Source of the DNA: Lingula anatina
Lineage: Eukaryota; Animalia; Brachiopoda
DNA: 64,000 bases
Reading direction: 5' to 3'
Assembly (NCBI GenBank): GCA_051362555.1
Contig: CM120640.1
Span: 24,414,225 to 24,478,224, forward strand
Numbering within the stretch: the first letter of the stretch is position 1; the number at the start of each line of letters is the position of its first letter. Below the pieces are notes generated by a model. It was not told the DNA's origin, did not search any database, and was given only the letters and a program-made list of their open reading frames with translations. Below, piece after piece: positions 23,701 through 35,400 of this stretch. The position numbers were made by a program, and so were the translations under genes.

Positions 23701-24867
23701 TGGTGACAAAATGGAGAAAGAAAATCCATCTTTGCAGATACAGGAGTTAAATAAACAGCTTAAAGAAGCACAACAGAAAATGGCAGTTATATTGCAACAG
23801 CAGACAGTAAGTATTTAGTTTAACTTAATGTTAATAGAAAATATTTTAGAAATCTAATTTGGCAATATACATTCTTCTAAAAAAAGTTTTTAAACACCCC
23901 AGTCTTCATTTTCCTACATTTAGGTTAATCTGTAGTCCCTCTTGATTCATTAGACAGTATTTTAAGTGGACTTAAAGCTGCTCAGTGACATGGCTAGCAT
24001 TACAAAATTGTTAGATTTATTTTTTAACATGTTTTTACCGTGTTTTAGAGAGCAGCCGTATCTCCTCCCATATCCCCTATACCAACAGAGAGTGCTAGGA
24101 ACACACTGCAAACACCTACTTACTCTGTGCAGCCTCAGGTAAGAATAGATAATTTAAAAAAAAGGGAAAACAAGTTCCATTGACAAGATGTTGTTTAAAG
24201 ATATTTGTTTATCAATGTGTGAATGATTTTTTCTTTCTGAAGTAGGAAGCCAATCGGCTAAATAACTGCAATAAATAATAAGTGTTTGTTCATTTCATGA
24301 GAGATAATATGTGTAGTATAACACTTTATTTTCACCTTCAGTGTTTTAAAATGTTTAAAAAGTACCCCATTATCTTTTGCAGCAGACATTACAACCTGGT
24401 CATAAAGGAATAACTGTAGCATTACCAAGGATAGAAGAGCTGGAGATATCTGCCACAAGTACGCCTTCTCCAAAGTCAGTTGAAAGCAGACGCAGCGGGT
24501 TGGTATATATATATTTTCTCATTTATGAAATAAAATAGTTTGTATATACCACGTCAGAAGTGTGTTATTTGACTTTGTATTTTGGAGGTTTGAAATTGTG
24601 AGTTATTTGAAAAGGAAATATTTCATATTTCACTGTTATGTTTTCATAAGTTTTCCAGTGAAATGGTTCAGTATGATTATTAGAATTCGTAGACTAAATG
24701 TCTGTCTGTGTAATCTGTGTACAACAACCCAAGCTGGTTACAATCCATCAATTTACTAGTAATACCCTCAATTCAGATGTCAAAAAATGTTCACCTAATT
24801 TTGCAGGATGCATGGACAAGTTCCTATAGTGTCAGTGTACAGTGGCCAAGGCAACCATTTTAGCTGA
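8748..24867 (+). CDS. SPICE1: Spindle and centriole-associated protein 1-like (SPICE1/CCDC52); exons include 8748-8843, 9130-9177, 9407-9485, 9628-9704, 10042-10113, 10296-10360, 10540-10652, [9.5-kb intron], 20178-20360, 20504-20697, 21043-21192, ~21453-21545, ~21745-21837, ~22070-22160, ~22344-22469, ~22665-23028, ~23242-23385, ~23678-23806, ~24049-24138, ~24383-24500, ~24807-24867
   Basis: MSFMR...KVKKKPRKPQWD|DTVNDLTVYKASPEEV|QRRKAVHKSNN, LIKEVLYDQSQ|LLDVLSRSD..KDLF, and ENELADYEQKTGRQ...FSGYTVAIVDAVTRLVRYLKQ|TEIQL match recalled human SPICE1 blocks ([32 protein letters not shown]...LCRLVRYLKESEIQL). The last exon's frame and stop (24863 or 24867) are uncertain. Confidence 0.85.
10705..10741 (-). 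terminator. Histone-type 3' stem-loop (10726-10741) plus purine-rich downstream element (10705-10715), copy 1
   Basis: Minus strand reads TTAAA-GGCTCTTTTCAGGGCC-AATAA-TCACA-CAAGAAAAGCT. The T variant leaves a U-G pair in the stem. Confidence 0.85.
10757..11068 (-). CDS. Nested intronless 103-aa basic protein of unknown function, copy 1
   Basis: Intact ATG-to-TAG ORF conserved in five copies, with TATA box upstream and histone-type stem-loop 15 nt after the stop. Confidence 0.85.
   Translation of the reverse strand: MESKNSALSGIPLDTLPALYFETETKFFKALAQIKLIDSKLQDMKVRYSRGKKLKKKSLTYTLKTRIVVAEQLRQLYYDHAKYSKQQMMEMLLQTQPRIYSPQ
11118..11222 (-). promoter_or_regulatory. Core promoter of copy 1: X-box (11209-11222), TATA box, TCATTC initiator
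   Basis: Minus strand reads ATTTCCATAGCAAC ... TATATATAAAG ... CTCATTCT about 30 nt downstream of TATA. Confidence 0.7.
12540..12706. mobile_element. 167-bp MITE, PIF/Harbinger (Tourist)-like
   Basis: About 55-bp imperfect TIRs (GGCTCCATTCAGAATAGGGGA... / ...TCCCCTATTCTGAATGGGGCC), flanked by a 3-bp ATA duplication. It is absent from the paralogous spacer near 17105. Confidence 0.8.
13003..13039 (-). terminator. Histone-type stem-loop (13024-13039) plus downstream element, copy 2
   Basis: AAA-GGCCCTTTTCAGGGCC-AATAA-TCACA-CAAGAAAAGCT on the minus strand. Confidence 0.85.
13019..13366 (-). CDS. Nested small-protein gene copy 2; stop-loss allele (115 aa), possibly non-functional
   Basis: TAG>CAG extends the ORF through the stem-loop (QIIALKGPFQGQ*). 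The protein is otherwise nearly identical to copies 1, 3 and 4. Confidence 0.7.
   Translation of the reverse strand: MESKNSVLSGIPLDTLPALYFETETKFFKALAQIKLIDSKLQDMKVRYSRGKKLKKKSLTYTLKTRIVVAEQLRQLYYDHAKYSKQQMMEMLLQTQPRIYSPQQIIALKGPFQGQ
13416..13539 (-). promoter_or_regulatory. Core promoter of copy 2: X-box (13526-13539), TATA, initiator
   Basis: ATTTCCATAGCAAC, TATATAAAG and CTCATTCT on the minus strand. Confidence 0.7.
14861..15035. mobile_element. Second copy of the Tourist-like MITE (175 bp), co-duplicated with the unit
   Basis: Same TIRs, ATA flanks and insertion context as 12540-12706. Confidence 0.8.
15332..15368 (-). terminator. Histone-type stem-loop (15353-15368) plus downstream element, copy 3
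   Basis: CAAAAA-GGCCCTTTTCAGGGCC-AATAA-TCACA-CAAGAAAAGCT on the minus strand. Confidence 0.85.
15384..15695 (-). CDS. Nested intronless 103-aa protein, copy 3
   Basis: Intact ORF with the same promoter and 3' signals as the other copies. Confidence 0.85.
   Translation of the reverse strand: MESKNSVLSGIPLDTLPALYFETETKFFKALAQIKLIDSKLQDMKVRYLRGKKLKKKSLTYTLKTRIVVAEQLRQLYYDHAKYSKQQMMEMLLQTQPRIYSPQ
15745..15868 (-). promoter_or_regulatory. Core promoter of copy 3: X-box (15855-15868), TATA, initiator
   Basis: Same motifs as copy 2. Confidence 0.7.
17399..17435 (-). terminator. Histone-type stem-loop (17420-17435) plus downstream element, copy 4
   Basis: TTAAA-GGCCCTTTTCAGGGCC-AATAA-TCACA-CAAGAAAAGCTG on the minus strand. 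Confidence 0.85.
17451..17762 (-). CDS. Nested intronless 103-aa protein, copy 4
   Basis: Intact ORF with the same promoter and 3' signals as the other copies. Confidence 0.85.
   Translation of the reverse strand: MESKNSALSGIPLDTLPALYFETETKFFKALAQIKLIDSKLHDMKVRYSRGKKLKKKSLTYTLKTRIVVAEQLRQLYYDHAKYSKQQMMEMLLQTQPRIYSPQ
17812..17935 (-). promoter_or_regulatory. Core promoter of copy 4: X-box (17922-17935), TATA, initiator
   Basis: Same motifs as copies 2 and 3. Confidence 0.7.
19358..19463 (+). promoter_or_regulatory. Core promoter of copy 5: X-box 19358-19371, TATA 19422-19432, TCATTC 19456-19461
   Basis: ATCTCCATAGCAAC fits RTHNYYATRRNAAC; TATATATAAAG follows; the PyCATTC cap-site motif lies about 30 nt downstream of TATA. 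Confidence 0.7.
19512..19823 (+). CDS. Nested intronless 103-aa protein, copy 5 (inverted, diverged paralogue)
   Basis: 20 amino-acid differences from copy 1 (83/103 identical by hand count), with no indels and the same start and stop positions. Confidence 0.85.
   Translation: MDRKNSVLSVIPLDTLPVQYFETEIKFFKALAQIKLIDINLQDMKVRYSRGKKQQKRSITYNLRTRIVVAEQLRQLYHNHAKYSKQKMLAMLLQTQPRIYSPQ
19841..19878 (+). terminator. Histone-type stem-loop (19841-19856) plus downstream element (19868-19878), copy 5
   Basis: AAAAA-GGCCCTTTTCAGGGCC-ACTAA-ACTGAT-CCAGGAAAGCT, 17 nt after the stop. Confidence 0.88.
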
Positions 24868-26848
24868 GGAATTTGGAGAAGAGTTTGTGTTAAACTTTGC
24901 CAGTCAATTTTCTCACAACAAAAAGACCTAGAGATCTGTTAAAAAGTTTCCCTGAATATTTAAGGAGATCGCACAGACAAGTTAAAGTGGAACATGCTAG
25001 TGTGTTGTATATAATATGAAAGTATCCCCATACAAGACATCTCCATTGTTATTTATCACAAAAACAAATTTAAAATCAGAATGAAAAATAAATAACCCAG
25101 TATGAATTGTAAATATTCATATTTTATGATTCTTCAGTAATTCTATGTTGGATTTAACCAAAAAATAGACAAAAGATGTAATATACTTGTAATTTTCTTT
25201 TTTTTTTTTGAATATCACTATGTTTTGCACATTTGCTGTTTTTTATATTTCTAAAAGTAGAGCAATGCTACAGATTTCATTGCCAATTATTGTTTGTCAG
25301 AAGCATAATAAGCAGTATAATACATCAATATACTTAATATATTACTAAGTTCCAGTGGATTCTGAGTATCTCGGAATGTGTGAAATGGGATTTTGTTGTA
25401 AAATGAGCTCAATAAAAGTTCTCTTATTTGATGTGAAAGTATTTCAGGGAAACCATCACGTTGCTTTTTCCACGAAATTTGATTAATTTTTGTCCTGGAA
25501 GAGCTTCTTGAGTGTGTTTTGTCATAGGAAGTGAACGCCAATCCAAAAGTATGTTGGGCAGGGAGGAGACTCCCTGACACTTGGTCTCCTTTCACAAGAA
25601 AAAAGAAAGACAAATATCACTCAAAATATTATGTGCACAAAGTTGCTGCATATTTTTGCTTTATATGACCCATATATTTTATAATCACATTTGGGTTAAA
25701 GAAATCCGAAATATGTGGTTACATCATGCACATATTTTTGGTGGAATTATCTTGACATACAAAAAAAAATGAAAAAGTCAGTGACTTGCCTACCTACTTG
25801 GCATACATCTGGTGTGGAGTTCAATCCTTTGTTTGTAAGCTCAGGTTAATCAGTGTGTTTCTTTAGGTATACACTATCATCTGGTTTTCACTGTAAATAA
25901 AACTATAACCCGTTCTTGTCAAATTTGAGCTGTTTTTATTTATTTACAATATCACAGGGTAGTCTTTACTGATAAGCTGTCTCCAAAAATCTTAAGTCCT
26001 ATTACCTTTAAACCCACATACTGGTCACTTCAAGTGCAAAAAGATCTGTTAAAGTAACACATTTACAGAACCAAAATTTTCCCCTTGTGCAATAAAATAG
26101 GATCCCTATTTAAAAAAGAAACTTAATAAAGGGTCAAGTTCAACCAAGTTGGTACAAAGAATTTGACAACATGTCATTTTAGTAGGTTTGTTCGAGTTCT
26201 TTGATTGGCTTTAGTTCTCAAAAAAAGTGGCCAAAGACCATCATACATCATTTTTGAGAAAAAGTATAAAATTCATTTAAATTGTTGTTGTCGGTGTTTG
26301 ATGGTCCATGATTTTTCCTCATGGGCTTATACAAATCCAATACGATACTGAGATCAAATAATATAAAAAGTAAAACGTTGTTCATTTTTTCAAGAGCGCC
26401 TGATAAAAATTCTGCCAGATAGAGATATTAGTGACTAGTTATTTAAACAGTGACTGTCTTGTTCGGCCCATAACCTTTTCTAGCAATCATTAATGGTATA
26501 AAATACATGACTTTTGGGATCTAAGATTTAGCATTATTAAAAAACATAATTCAATTTACAATTTTTTTAAAAATGATCTCTGAAAAGAATTATTTGGGGT
26601 CTTTAGAAAAAGTCTGGTCTTTTTCTTTCTCCCAGTCCATCAGATGTCTCTTGAATATCCTTCAGGCAGCATCTAGATGAGTACCACAGGCTCAAACAAA
26701 TAATTTTACTATAGGCCTTCAGCTGTTGCTCCATCTCCCCCAAGCATTTATTTTCGGCATATGGCCCAGAAATCTTACATAATGAGAAATGATATTAGAA
26801 TTACTTTTTCAGTCAAGTAAACGAGGGTACACCTTAGAGCAGTGTGCC

Positions 26849-27370
26849 TTTTTTTATGTACAGAAACAGATGTGTCTGTACATATAGCTGTCACCTGCGT
26901 CTGTCGTCGCCGTCACCGTACACTTTTACCGATAACACGCTAAGTGGAAAACCGTTTATTCTTTTGGCTTGAAACTGAGAGAACTGATGAGTATTCATAA
27001 TATGCAGGTCAAGTTCGAAAATCAGCATGTTCGGGCCATATATATGGAAGTTATGCTGTTTTTTCACTTTTTTCAGCATTTATGCAACACAGATAACATG
27101 ATAAGTGAAAAACCGTTTTTCCTTTTGGATTGAAACTTACAAAACTGATGAATATCCATAATATGCAGGTCAAGTTAGAAAATTGGCATGATCTTGCCAT
27201 TTTTTATGAAAGTTTTTCGTTTTTTTTTTTTAATTTTTTTTTTCACTTTTTTCAGCACATATGCAACACCTATAACACATTCTAAGGAAAATTGATTGGC
27301 CAATTGTCATGAAATTCACAGGAGTGATCAATGTTACTGAAATACAGATTCAGTTTTGAAAATAAGCTTG
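26849..27370 (+). mobile_element. Non-autonomous Helentron/HINE (DINE-1-like) element, 5' part with internal ~160-bp tandem repeats
   Basis: A T-run start, a 10-bp inverted repeat TATGTACAGA/TCTGTACATA (26855-26884), a (CGT/GTC)n-like microsatellite, then core repeats starting at 26931, 27092 and ~27271 (degenerate). The 3' end was not identified. Confidence 0.6.
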
Positions 27371-29331
27371 ATCAGTTAAGATTAAGTGAAGTTATAATTT
27401 TTTTGTATATAAGTGTTTTTTCCTCAAATTTAATTCTCAGGCATGTTAACAGTCTCATTTTTGAACTAATTAGATATGTAAAGTTGTTCTTTTGACATTT
27501 TCTGCATCTTAACAATATTGTTAGTTGATTATCTAAAAATGATGGTAAACCTATTATTGTGTAATTAAGTGTCAAAAATGGGAAAAACTCCTGTCTTTAC
27601 AGTTTGTCAAATTAAGAATCTCAGAATGGAGCACATTGGACATTTAAAATTGTTTCATTGATATTTTTCTTATGTCAACAATTTTCTTAGTTGATCATTT
27701 AAAAATGACAGTAAACTGATTATTTTGTTTTATGTAAAAAAAGGTGCTGAAAATGGTAAGAAAATCATTTCAATACAGGTATCTCTTGTTTACATTTTGG
27801 CATTTTGAAGGTGGGACTCTTAACTTCCATGCCCTTGAAGAACTTTTCATGTCACATTTTCTGAATATCCATGATACTTTTATTTTATTATTAAAAATTG
27901 ATGGTCATTATACTGTTAAGCATTATGTAATATTGCATCAAAATGGAAAAAAAACTATTTTGGACACTGATGACCATCAAGGGAAACCCATGTTACTTAT
28001 GGTACTTACTGAAAAGTGCAACTTGTGTTGGAAAATCAGTGCGATTGTTTTCTGTTTTGTAAGCAATGCAGTTCTATAGTGCTATATGATGGTACTGTAT
28101 GGATGGCAGTCAGTACGAAATTGTCCCTTGGGTGATCACTAATTAAATTAAGGTCTATAAAGTCACTTGCCTTGTTATTAATTTTCAATTGGCCATTAAA
28201 TGAGATTACATAAAATACTTGTTGAGATTTCCCTGCAAAGTCCCATAGGTTTAGCTCTCTTAACTGTGTCACATAATTAGGATTTGGTGATAATTATGCA
28301 GGTCAATGTTGTTTAATATTGCAAATAAATTTACAACAGAAAAAAAATTGTGTTACGCCAACATTAATGCTATAGATGAATAACAGTTCCTTATTTTTTT
28401 CAAACTCAGTGGGGTTATTCATATCATGTTTATACAGCTAGATTAAAAGTTTGAATAGCAGCTTTATTGGAATTTTTTGTTATGTTTTATTATTATTTTT
28501 TTTTTAATTATTTTTCAAACACTAGCATCTTCAAGATGTGACTTTTAACTCCCATCCACCAGAAGCGCTGGGCATTTTCTGTATTTCCACATGAGCAATT
28601 GTATTGGATTTTATGTCTTTAAATATTATGTAATATTTTTTTATACACTGTCATTTTTCACATATTGGGATTTACATTATGTGAATTTGAACTTTCACAT
28701 ATGGTCCTGAAAATGTAATTTTTTTTCACCATGTTACCTGTTGTGGATGGTTAAATTTAAAGGAATAATAACTGTTCGTTTTGGCCAAAAATGGAATTTT
28801 CCTGGAGTAAACAACAATTTCCCCATACTTAAGAATGGTTAATGAATCAATTTAAATTGTATTGGGTGAAAAAAATTTAGTGGAATTTCCCTTTTTTGTA
28901 GTTAGTAAGTGACTTTTTTTCTTATTTATGTTTTGGGTAAAAAACAGTATGGAGAGTTTTTCAGTCTGGTAAAGGACTACTCAATATGGGTTTACATGTA
29001 ATTTGTTTTTCGAGGTTCATCAAGAAGGATATAAAACATTGCAATAGCATGGCATTATTAATTTATAAACCTTCTTTGCACCATGAAAACATTTTTTTAC
29101 AAACTTTACAAACATTCAGGTCTAAAATAATGAAAAAGTTAAGCTTATGAATCATAATCATTGTGTCACACTAGTATGAATTTTTGTTTGATCAGTTTTT
29201 TTCTAATTTTTAAACAAAAAGGGTGATAAATTGGCAAAACAATTTATCTTACAATCTGTCATCATTTTTCAAATATTGTGATTTTCATTACGTATGTGAA
29301 TTTGAACTCTCCTGGTCCTGAAACTTTTATC

Positions 29332-29425
29332 TTATTGCAGGGGCGGATTGAGACCATCTTCTGGGCCTTCTGGAAGACGTTCAGATTTTAATGTCTGGAT
29401 GGGGTCGCTCATCATCTTCTTTGTC
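29332..29425 (-). other. Putative terminal exon of a minus-strand transcript that runs through the array
   Basis: It follows the last repeat intron (polypyrimidine-AAG acceptor), begins like a repeat exon and then becomes unique sequence. After a phase-2 junction it reads (R)TKKMMSDPIQTLKSERLPEGPEDGLNPPLQ*. Confidence 0.4.
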
Positions 29426-32400
29426 CTTTAAAAAGAAATGTAAAACAAGATTAGATTTTTTTCTATTTACTCATGTCACCACCCCCAAAAAATAAAATTT
29501 ACTAACCTTAGCTTGGATCCAAGAGTGAAGTCCATGTATGGGTGGGGTCGTTCATCATCTTCTTTGTCCTGTAAAAAGAAATGAAAAACAAGATTACCTT
29601 TTTTCAATTTACCCATGTCACCACCCCCAAAAAGTAAAATTTACTAACCTTAGCTTGGATCCGAGAGTGACTTCGATATCTGGGTGGGGTCGCTTATCAT
29701 CTTCCTTGTCCTGTAAAAAGAAATGAAAAACAAGATTAGATTTTTTCAATTTACCCATGTCACCACCCCCCAAAAAATAAAATTTACTAACCTTAGCTTG
29801 GATCCAAGAGTGACATCGTTGTCTGGGTGGGGTCCCTCATCATCTTCTTTGTCCTGTAAAAAGAAATAAAAAACAAGATTAGATTTTTTCAATTTACCCA
29901 TATCACCATCCCAAAAAAATAAAATTTACTAACCTTAGCTTAGATCTAAGAGTGAAGTCCATGTATGGGTGGGGTCGTTCATCATCTTCTTTGTCCTGTA
30001 AAAAGAAATGAAAAACAAGATTACCTTTTTTCAATTTACCCATGTCACCACCCCCAAAAAGTAAAATTTACTAACCTTAGCTTGGATCCAAAAGTGACTT
30101 CGATGTCTGGGTGGGGTCGCTCATCATCTTCCTTGTCCTGTAAAAAGAAATGAAAAACAAGATTAGATTTTTTCAATTTACCCATGTCACCACCCCCCAA
30201 AAAATAAAATTTACTAACCTTAGCTTGGATCCAAGAGTGACTTCGTTGTCTGGGTGGGGTCCCTCATCATCTTCTTTGTCCTGTAAAAAGAAATAAAAAA
30301 CTAGATTAGATTTCTTTAATTTACCCATATCACCATTCCATAAAAATAAAATTTACTAACCTTAGCTTGGTTCCAAGAGTGAAGTCCATGTCTGGGTGGG
30401 GTCCCTCATCATCTTCTTTGTCCTGTAAAAAGAAAAAAAAATTTTAGATTTTTTTGCAATTTACCCATCTTAAACCCCCCCCCCCCCCAAAAAAAAAATT
30501 TACTGACCTTAGCTTGGATTCAAGAGTGGCATCCATGTCTGGGTGGGGTCGATCATCATTTTCTTTGTCCTGTAAAAAGAAATGAAAAACAAGATTAGAT
30601 TTTTTCTATTTACTATCCCACCACCCCGAAAAAATAAAATTTACTAACCTAAGCTTGGATCCAGGAGTGAAGTCCATGTCCGAGTGGGGTCGCTCATCAT
30701 CTTCTTTGTCCTGTAAAAAAAAATGAAAAACAAGTTTAGATTTTTTTATTTTCCCATTCCACCACCCCCAAAAAATAAAATTTAATCACCTTAGCTTGGT
30801 TCCAAGTGTGAAGTCCATGTCCAGGTGGGGTCGCTCATCATCTTCCTGTAAAAAGAAATAAAAAACAAGATTAGATTTCTTTAATTTACCCATATCACCA
30901 TTCCATAAAAATAAAATTTACTAACCTTAGCTTAGTTCCAAGAGTGAAGTCCATGTCTGGGTGGGGCCCCTCATCATCTTCTTTGTCCTGTAAAAAGAAA
31001 AAAAAACATTAGATTTTTTTGCAATTTACCCATCTTAACCCCCCCCCCCCCCCCCCAAAAAAAAAAATTTACTGACCTTAGCTTGGATTCAAGAGTGACA
31101 TCCATATGTGGGTTGGGTCGTTCATCATCTTCTTTGTCCTGTAAAAAGAAATAAAAAACTAGATTAGATTTTTTTCAATTTACCAATCCCAACACCTCCA
31201 AAAAATAAAATTTACTTACCTTAGCTTAGAACTAAGAGTGACATCCATGTCTGGGTGGGGTCGCTCATCATCTTCTTTGTCCTGTAAAAAGAAATGAAAA
31301 ACAAGATTACCTTTTTTCAATTTACCCATGTCACCACCCCCCAAAAAATAAAATTTACTAACCTTAGCTTGGATCCAAGAGTGACTTCGTTGTCTGGGTG
31401 GGGTCCCTCATCATCTTCTTTGTCCTGTAAAAAGAAATAAAAAACTAGATTAGATTTCTTTAATTTACCCATATCACCATTCCATAAAAATAAAATTTAC
31501 TAACCTTAGCTTGGTTCCAAGAGTGAAGTCCATGTCTGGGTGGGGTCCCTCATCATCTTCTTTGTCCTGTAAAAAGAAAAAAAAATTTTAGATTTTTTTG
31601 CAATTTACCCATCTTAAACCCCCCCCCCCCCAAAAAAAAAAAATTTACTGACCTTAGCTTGGATTCAAGAGTGGCATCCATGTCTGGGTGGGGTCGATCA
31701 TCATTTTCTTTGTCCTGTAAAAAGAAATGAAAAACAAGATTAGATTTTTTCTATTTACTATCCCACCACCCCGAAAAAATAAAATTTACTAACCTAAGCT
31801 TGGATCCAGGAGTGAAGTCCATGTCCGAGTGGGGTCGCTCATCATCTTCTTTGTCCTGTAAAAAAAAATGAAAAACAAGTTTAGATTTTTTTATTTTCCC
31901 ATTCCACCACCCCCAAAAAATAAAATTTAATCACCTTAGCTTGGTTCCAAGTGTGAAGTCCATGTCCAGGTGGGGTCGCTCATCATCTTCCTGTAAAAAG
32001 AAATAAAAAACAAGATTAGATTTCTTTAATTTACCCATATCACCATTCCATAAAAATAAAATTTACTAACCTTAGCTTAGTTCCAAGAGTGAAGTCCATG
32101 TCTGGGTGGGGCCCCTCATCATCTTCTTTGTCCTGTAAAAAGAAAAAAAAACATTAGATTTTTTTGCAATTTACCCATCTTAACCCCCCCCCCCCCAAAA
32201 AAAAAAAATTTACTGACCTTAGCTTGGATTCAAGAGTGACATCCATATGTGGGTTGGGTCGTTCATCATCTTCTTTGTCCTGTAAAAAGAAATAAAAAAC
32301 TAGATTAGATTTTTTTCAATTTACCAATCCCAACACCTCCAAAAAATAAAATTTACTCACCTTAGCTTAGAACTAAGAGTGACATCCATGTCTGGGTGGG

Positions 32401-35400
32401 GTCGCTCATCATCTTCTTTGTCCTGTAAAAAGAAATGAAAAACAAGATTACCTTTTTTCAATTTACCCATATCACCATCGCAAAAAAATAAAATTTACTA
32501 ACCTTAGCTTAGATCTAAGAGTGACATCCATGTCCGGGTGGGGTCGTTCATCATCTTCTTTGTCCTGTAAAAAGTAATAAAAAACTAGATTAGATTTTTT
32601 TCAATTTACCAATCCCAACACCTCCAAAAAATAAAATTTACTCACCTTAGCTTAGATCTAAGAGTGACATCCATGTCTGGGTGGGGTCGCTCATCATTTT
32701 CTTTGTACTGTGAAAAGAAATAAAAAACAAGATTAGATTTTTTCAATTTACCCATATCACCATCCCAAAAAAATAAAATTTCCTAACCGTAGCTTGGATC
32801 CGAGAGTGACTTCTATGTTTGGGTGGGGTCGATCATCATTTTCTTTGTCCTGTAAAAGGAAATGAAAAACAAGATTAGATTTTTTCTATTTACTATCCCA
32901 CCACCCCAAAAAAATAAAATTTACTAACCTAAGCTTGGATCCAGGAGTGAAGTCCATGTCCGAGTGGGGTCGCTCATCATCTTCTTTGTCCTGTAAAAAA
33001 AAATGAAAAACAAGTTTAGATTTTTTTAATTTACCCATATCACCATTCCATAAAAATAAAATTTACTAACCTTAGCTTGGTTCCAAGAGTGAAGTCCATG
33101 TCTGGGTGGGGTCCCTCATCATCTTCTTTGTCCTGTAAAAAGAAAAAAAAAATTAGATTTTTTTGCAATTTACCCATCTTAAACCCCCCCCCCCCCCCCC
33201 CCCCATAAAAAAAAAAAAAATTTACTGACCTTAGCTTGGATTCAAGAGTGGCATCCATGTCTGGGTGGGGTCGCTCATCATCTGCTTTGTCCTGTAAAAA
33301 GAAATGAAAAACAAGATTAGATTTTTTCTATTTACTATCCCACCACCCCAAAAAAATAAAATTTACTAACCTAAGCTTGGATCCAGGAGTGAAGTCCATG
33401 TCCGAGTGGGGTCGCTCATCATCTTCTTTGTCCTGTAAAAAAAAATGAAAAACAAGTTTTGATTTTTTTTTTCCCATTTCACCACCCCCAAAAAATAAAA
33501 TTTACTCACCTTAGCTTGGTTCCAAGTGTGAAGTCCATGTCCAGGTGGGGTCGCTCATCATCTTCCTGTAAAAAGAAATAAAAAACAAGATTAGATTTCT
33601 TTAATTTACCCATATCACCATTCCATAAAAATAAAATTTACTAACCTTAGCTTGGTTCCAAGAGTGAAGTCCATGTCTGGGTGGGGTCCCTCATCATCTT
33701 CTTTGTCCTGTAAAAAGAAATAAAAAACTAGATTAGATTTTTTTTAATTTACCAAACCCCACACCTCCAAAAAATAAAATTTACTCACCTTAGCTTAGAT
33801 CTAAGAGTGACATCCATGTCTGGGTGGGGTCGCTCATCATCTGCTTTGTCCTGTAAAAAGAAATGAAAAACAAGATTAGATTTTTTCAATTTACCCATAT
33901 CACCATCCCAAAAAAATAAAATTTACTAACCGTAGCTTGGATCCAAGAGTGAAGTCCATGTCTGGGTGGGGTTGCTCATCATCTTCTTTGTCCTGTAAAA
34001 AGAAATAAAAAACAAGATTAGATTTTTTGCAATTTACATATCCTAACCTCTCCCCCCCCCCCCCCCCCAAAAAAAAAAAAAAAAATTTACTGACCTTAGC
34101 TTGGATCCGAGAGTGACTTTCTTTGTCTGGGTGGGGTCGATCATCATTTTCTTTGTCCTGTAAAAAGAAATGAAAAACAAGATTAGATTTTTTCTATTTA
34201 CTATCCCACCACCCCCCAAAAAAATAAAATTTACTAACCTAAGCTTGAATCCAGGAGTGAAGTCCATGTCCGGGTGGGGTCGCTCATCATCTTCTTTGTC
34301 CTGTAAAAAGAAATGAAAAACAAGATTAGATTTTTTCAATTTACCCATAATATCAACCCCCAAAAATACAATTTACTAACCTTAGCTTGGATCCAAGAGT
34401 GACTTCGATGTCTGGTTGGGGTCACTCATCATCTTCTTTGTCCTGTAAAAATAAATGAAAAACAAGATTAGATTTTTTCAATTTACCCATCCCACCACCC
34501 CAAAAAAATAAAATTTACTCACCTTAGCTTGGATCCAAGAGTGAAGTTCATGTCCGGGTGGGGTCGCTCATCATCTTCCTTGTCCTGTAAAAAGAAATGA
34601 AAAACAAAATTAGATTTTTTCAATTTACCCATGTCACCACCCCCCAAAAAATAAAATTTACTAACCTTAGCTTGGATCCAAGAGTGACTTTGTTGTCTAG
34701 GTGGGGTCGCTCATCATCTTCTTTGTCCTGTAAAAAGAAATAAAAAACAAGATTAGATTTTTTGCAATTGACCCATCTTAAACCCCCCCCACCCAAAAAA
34801 AAAATTTACTGACCTTAGCTTGGATCCAGAGTGATTTCGATGTCTGGGAGGGGGTCGCTCATCATTTTCTTTGTCCTGTAAAAAGAAATGAAAAACAAGA
34901 TTAGATTTTTTCAATTTACCCATCCCACCACCCCCCAAAAATAAAAATTATTAACCTTAGCTTGGATCCCGGAGTCAAGTCCATGTCCGGGTGGGGTCGC
35001 TCATCATCTTCTTTGTCCTATAAAAAGAAATGAAAACAAGATTAGTTCAATTTACCCATGTCACCGCCCCCCAAAAAATAAAATTTACTAACCTTAGCTT
35101 GGATCCAAGAGCGACTTCGTTGTCTGGGTGGGGTCGCTTATCATCTTCTTTGTCCTGTAAAAAGAAATGAAAAACAAGATTAGATTTTTTCAATATATCC
35201 ATCCCACCACCGCCAAAAAATAAAATTTACTAACCTTAGCTTTGATCCAAGAGTGAAGTCCATGTCCGGGTGGGGTCCCTCATCATCTTCTTTGTCCTGT
35301 AAAAAGAAATGAAAAACAAGATTAGATTTTTTGCAATTTACCCATCTTAAACCCCCCCCCCCCCAAAAAAAAAAAAATTTACTGACCTTAGCTTGGATCC

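Noticed and set aside
24870-29300. Scattered 60-111 aa ORFs downstream of SPICE1
   Set aside because: AT-rich UTR or intergenic sequence with no recognisable domain or consistent exon chain.
28660-29325. Two similar ~50-bp segments (near 28660 and 29272) containing atgtgaatttgaact...tggtcctgaaa
   Set aside because: A short, degenerate local duplication with no interpretable structure.
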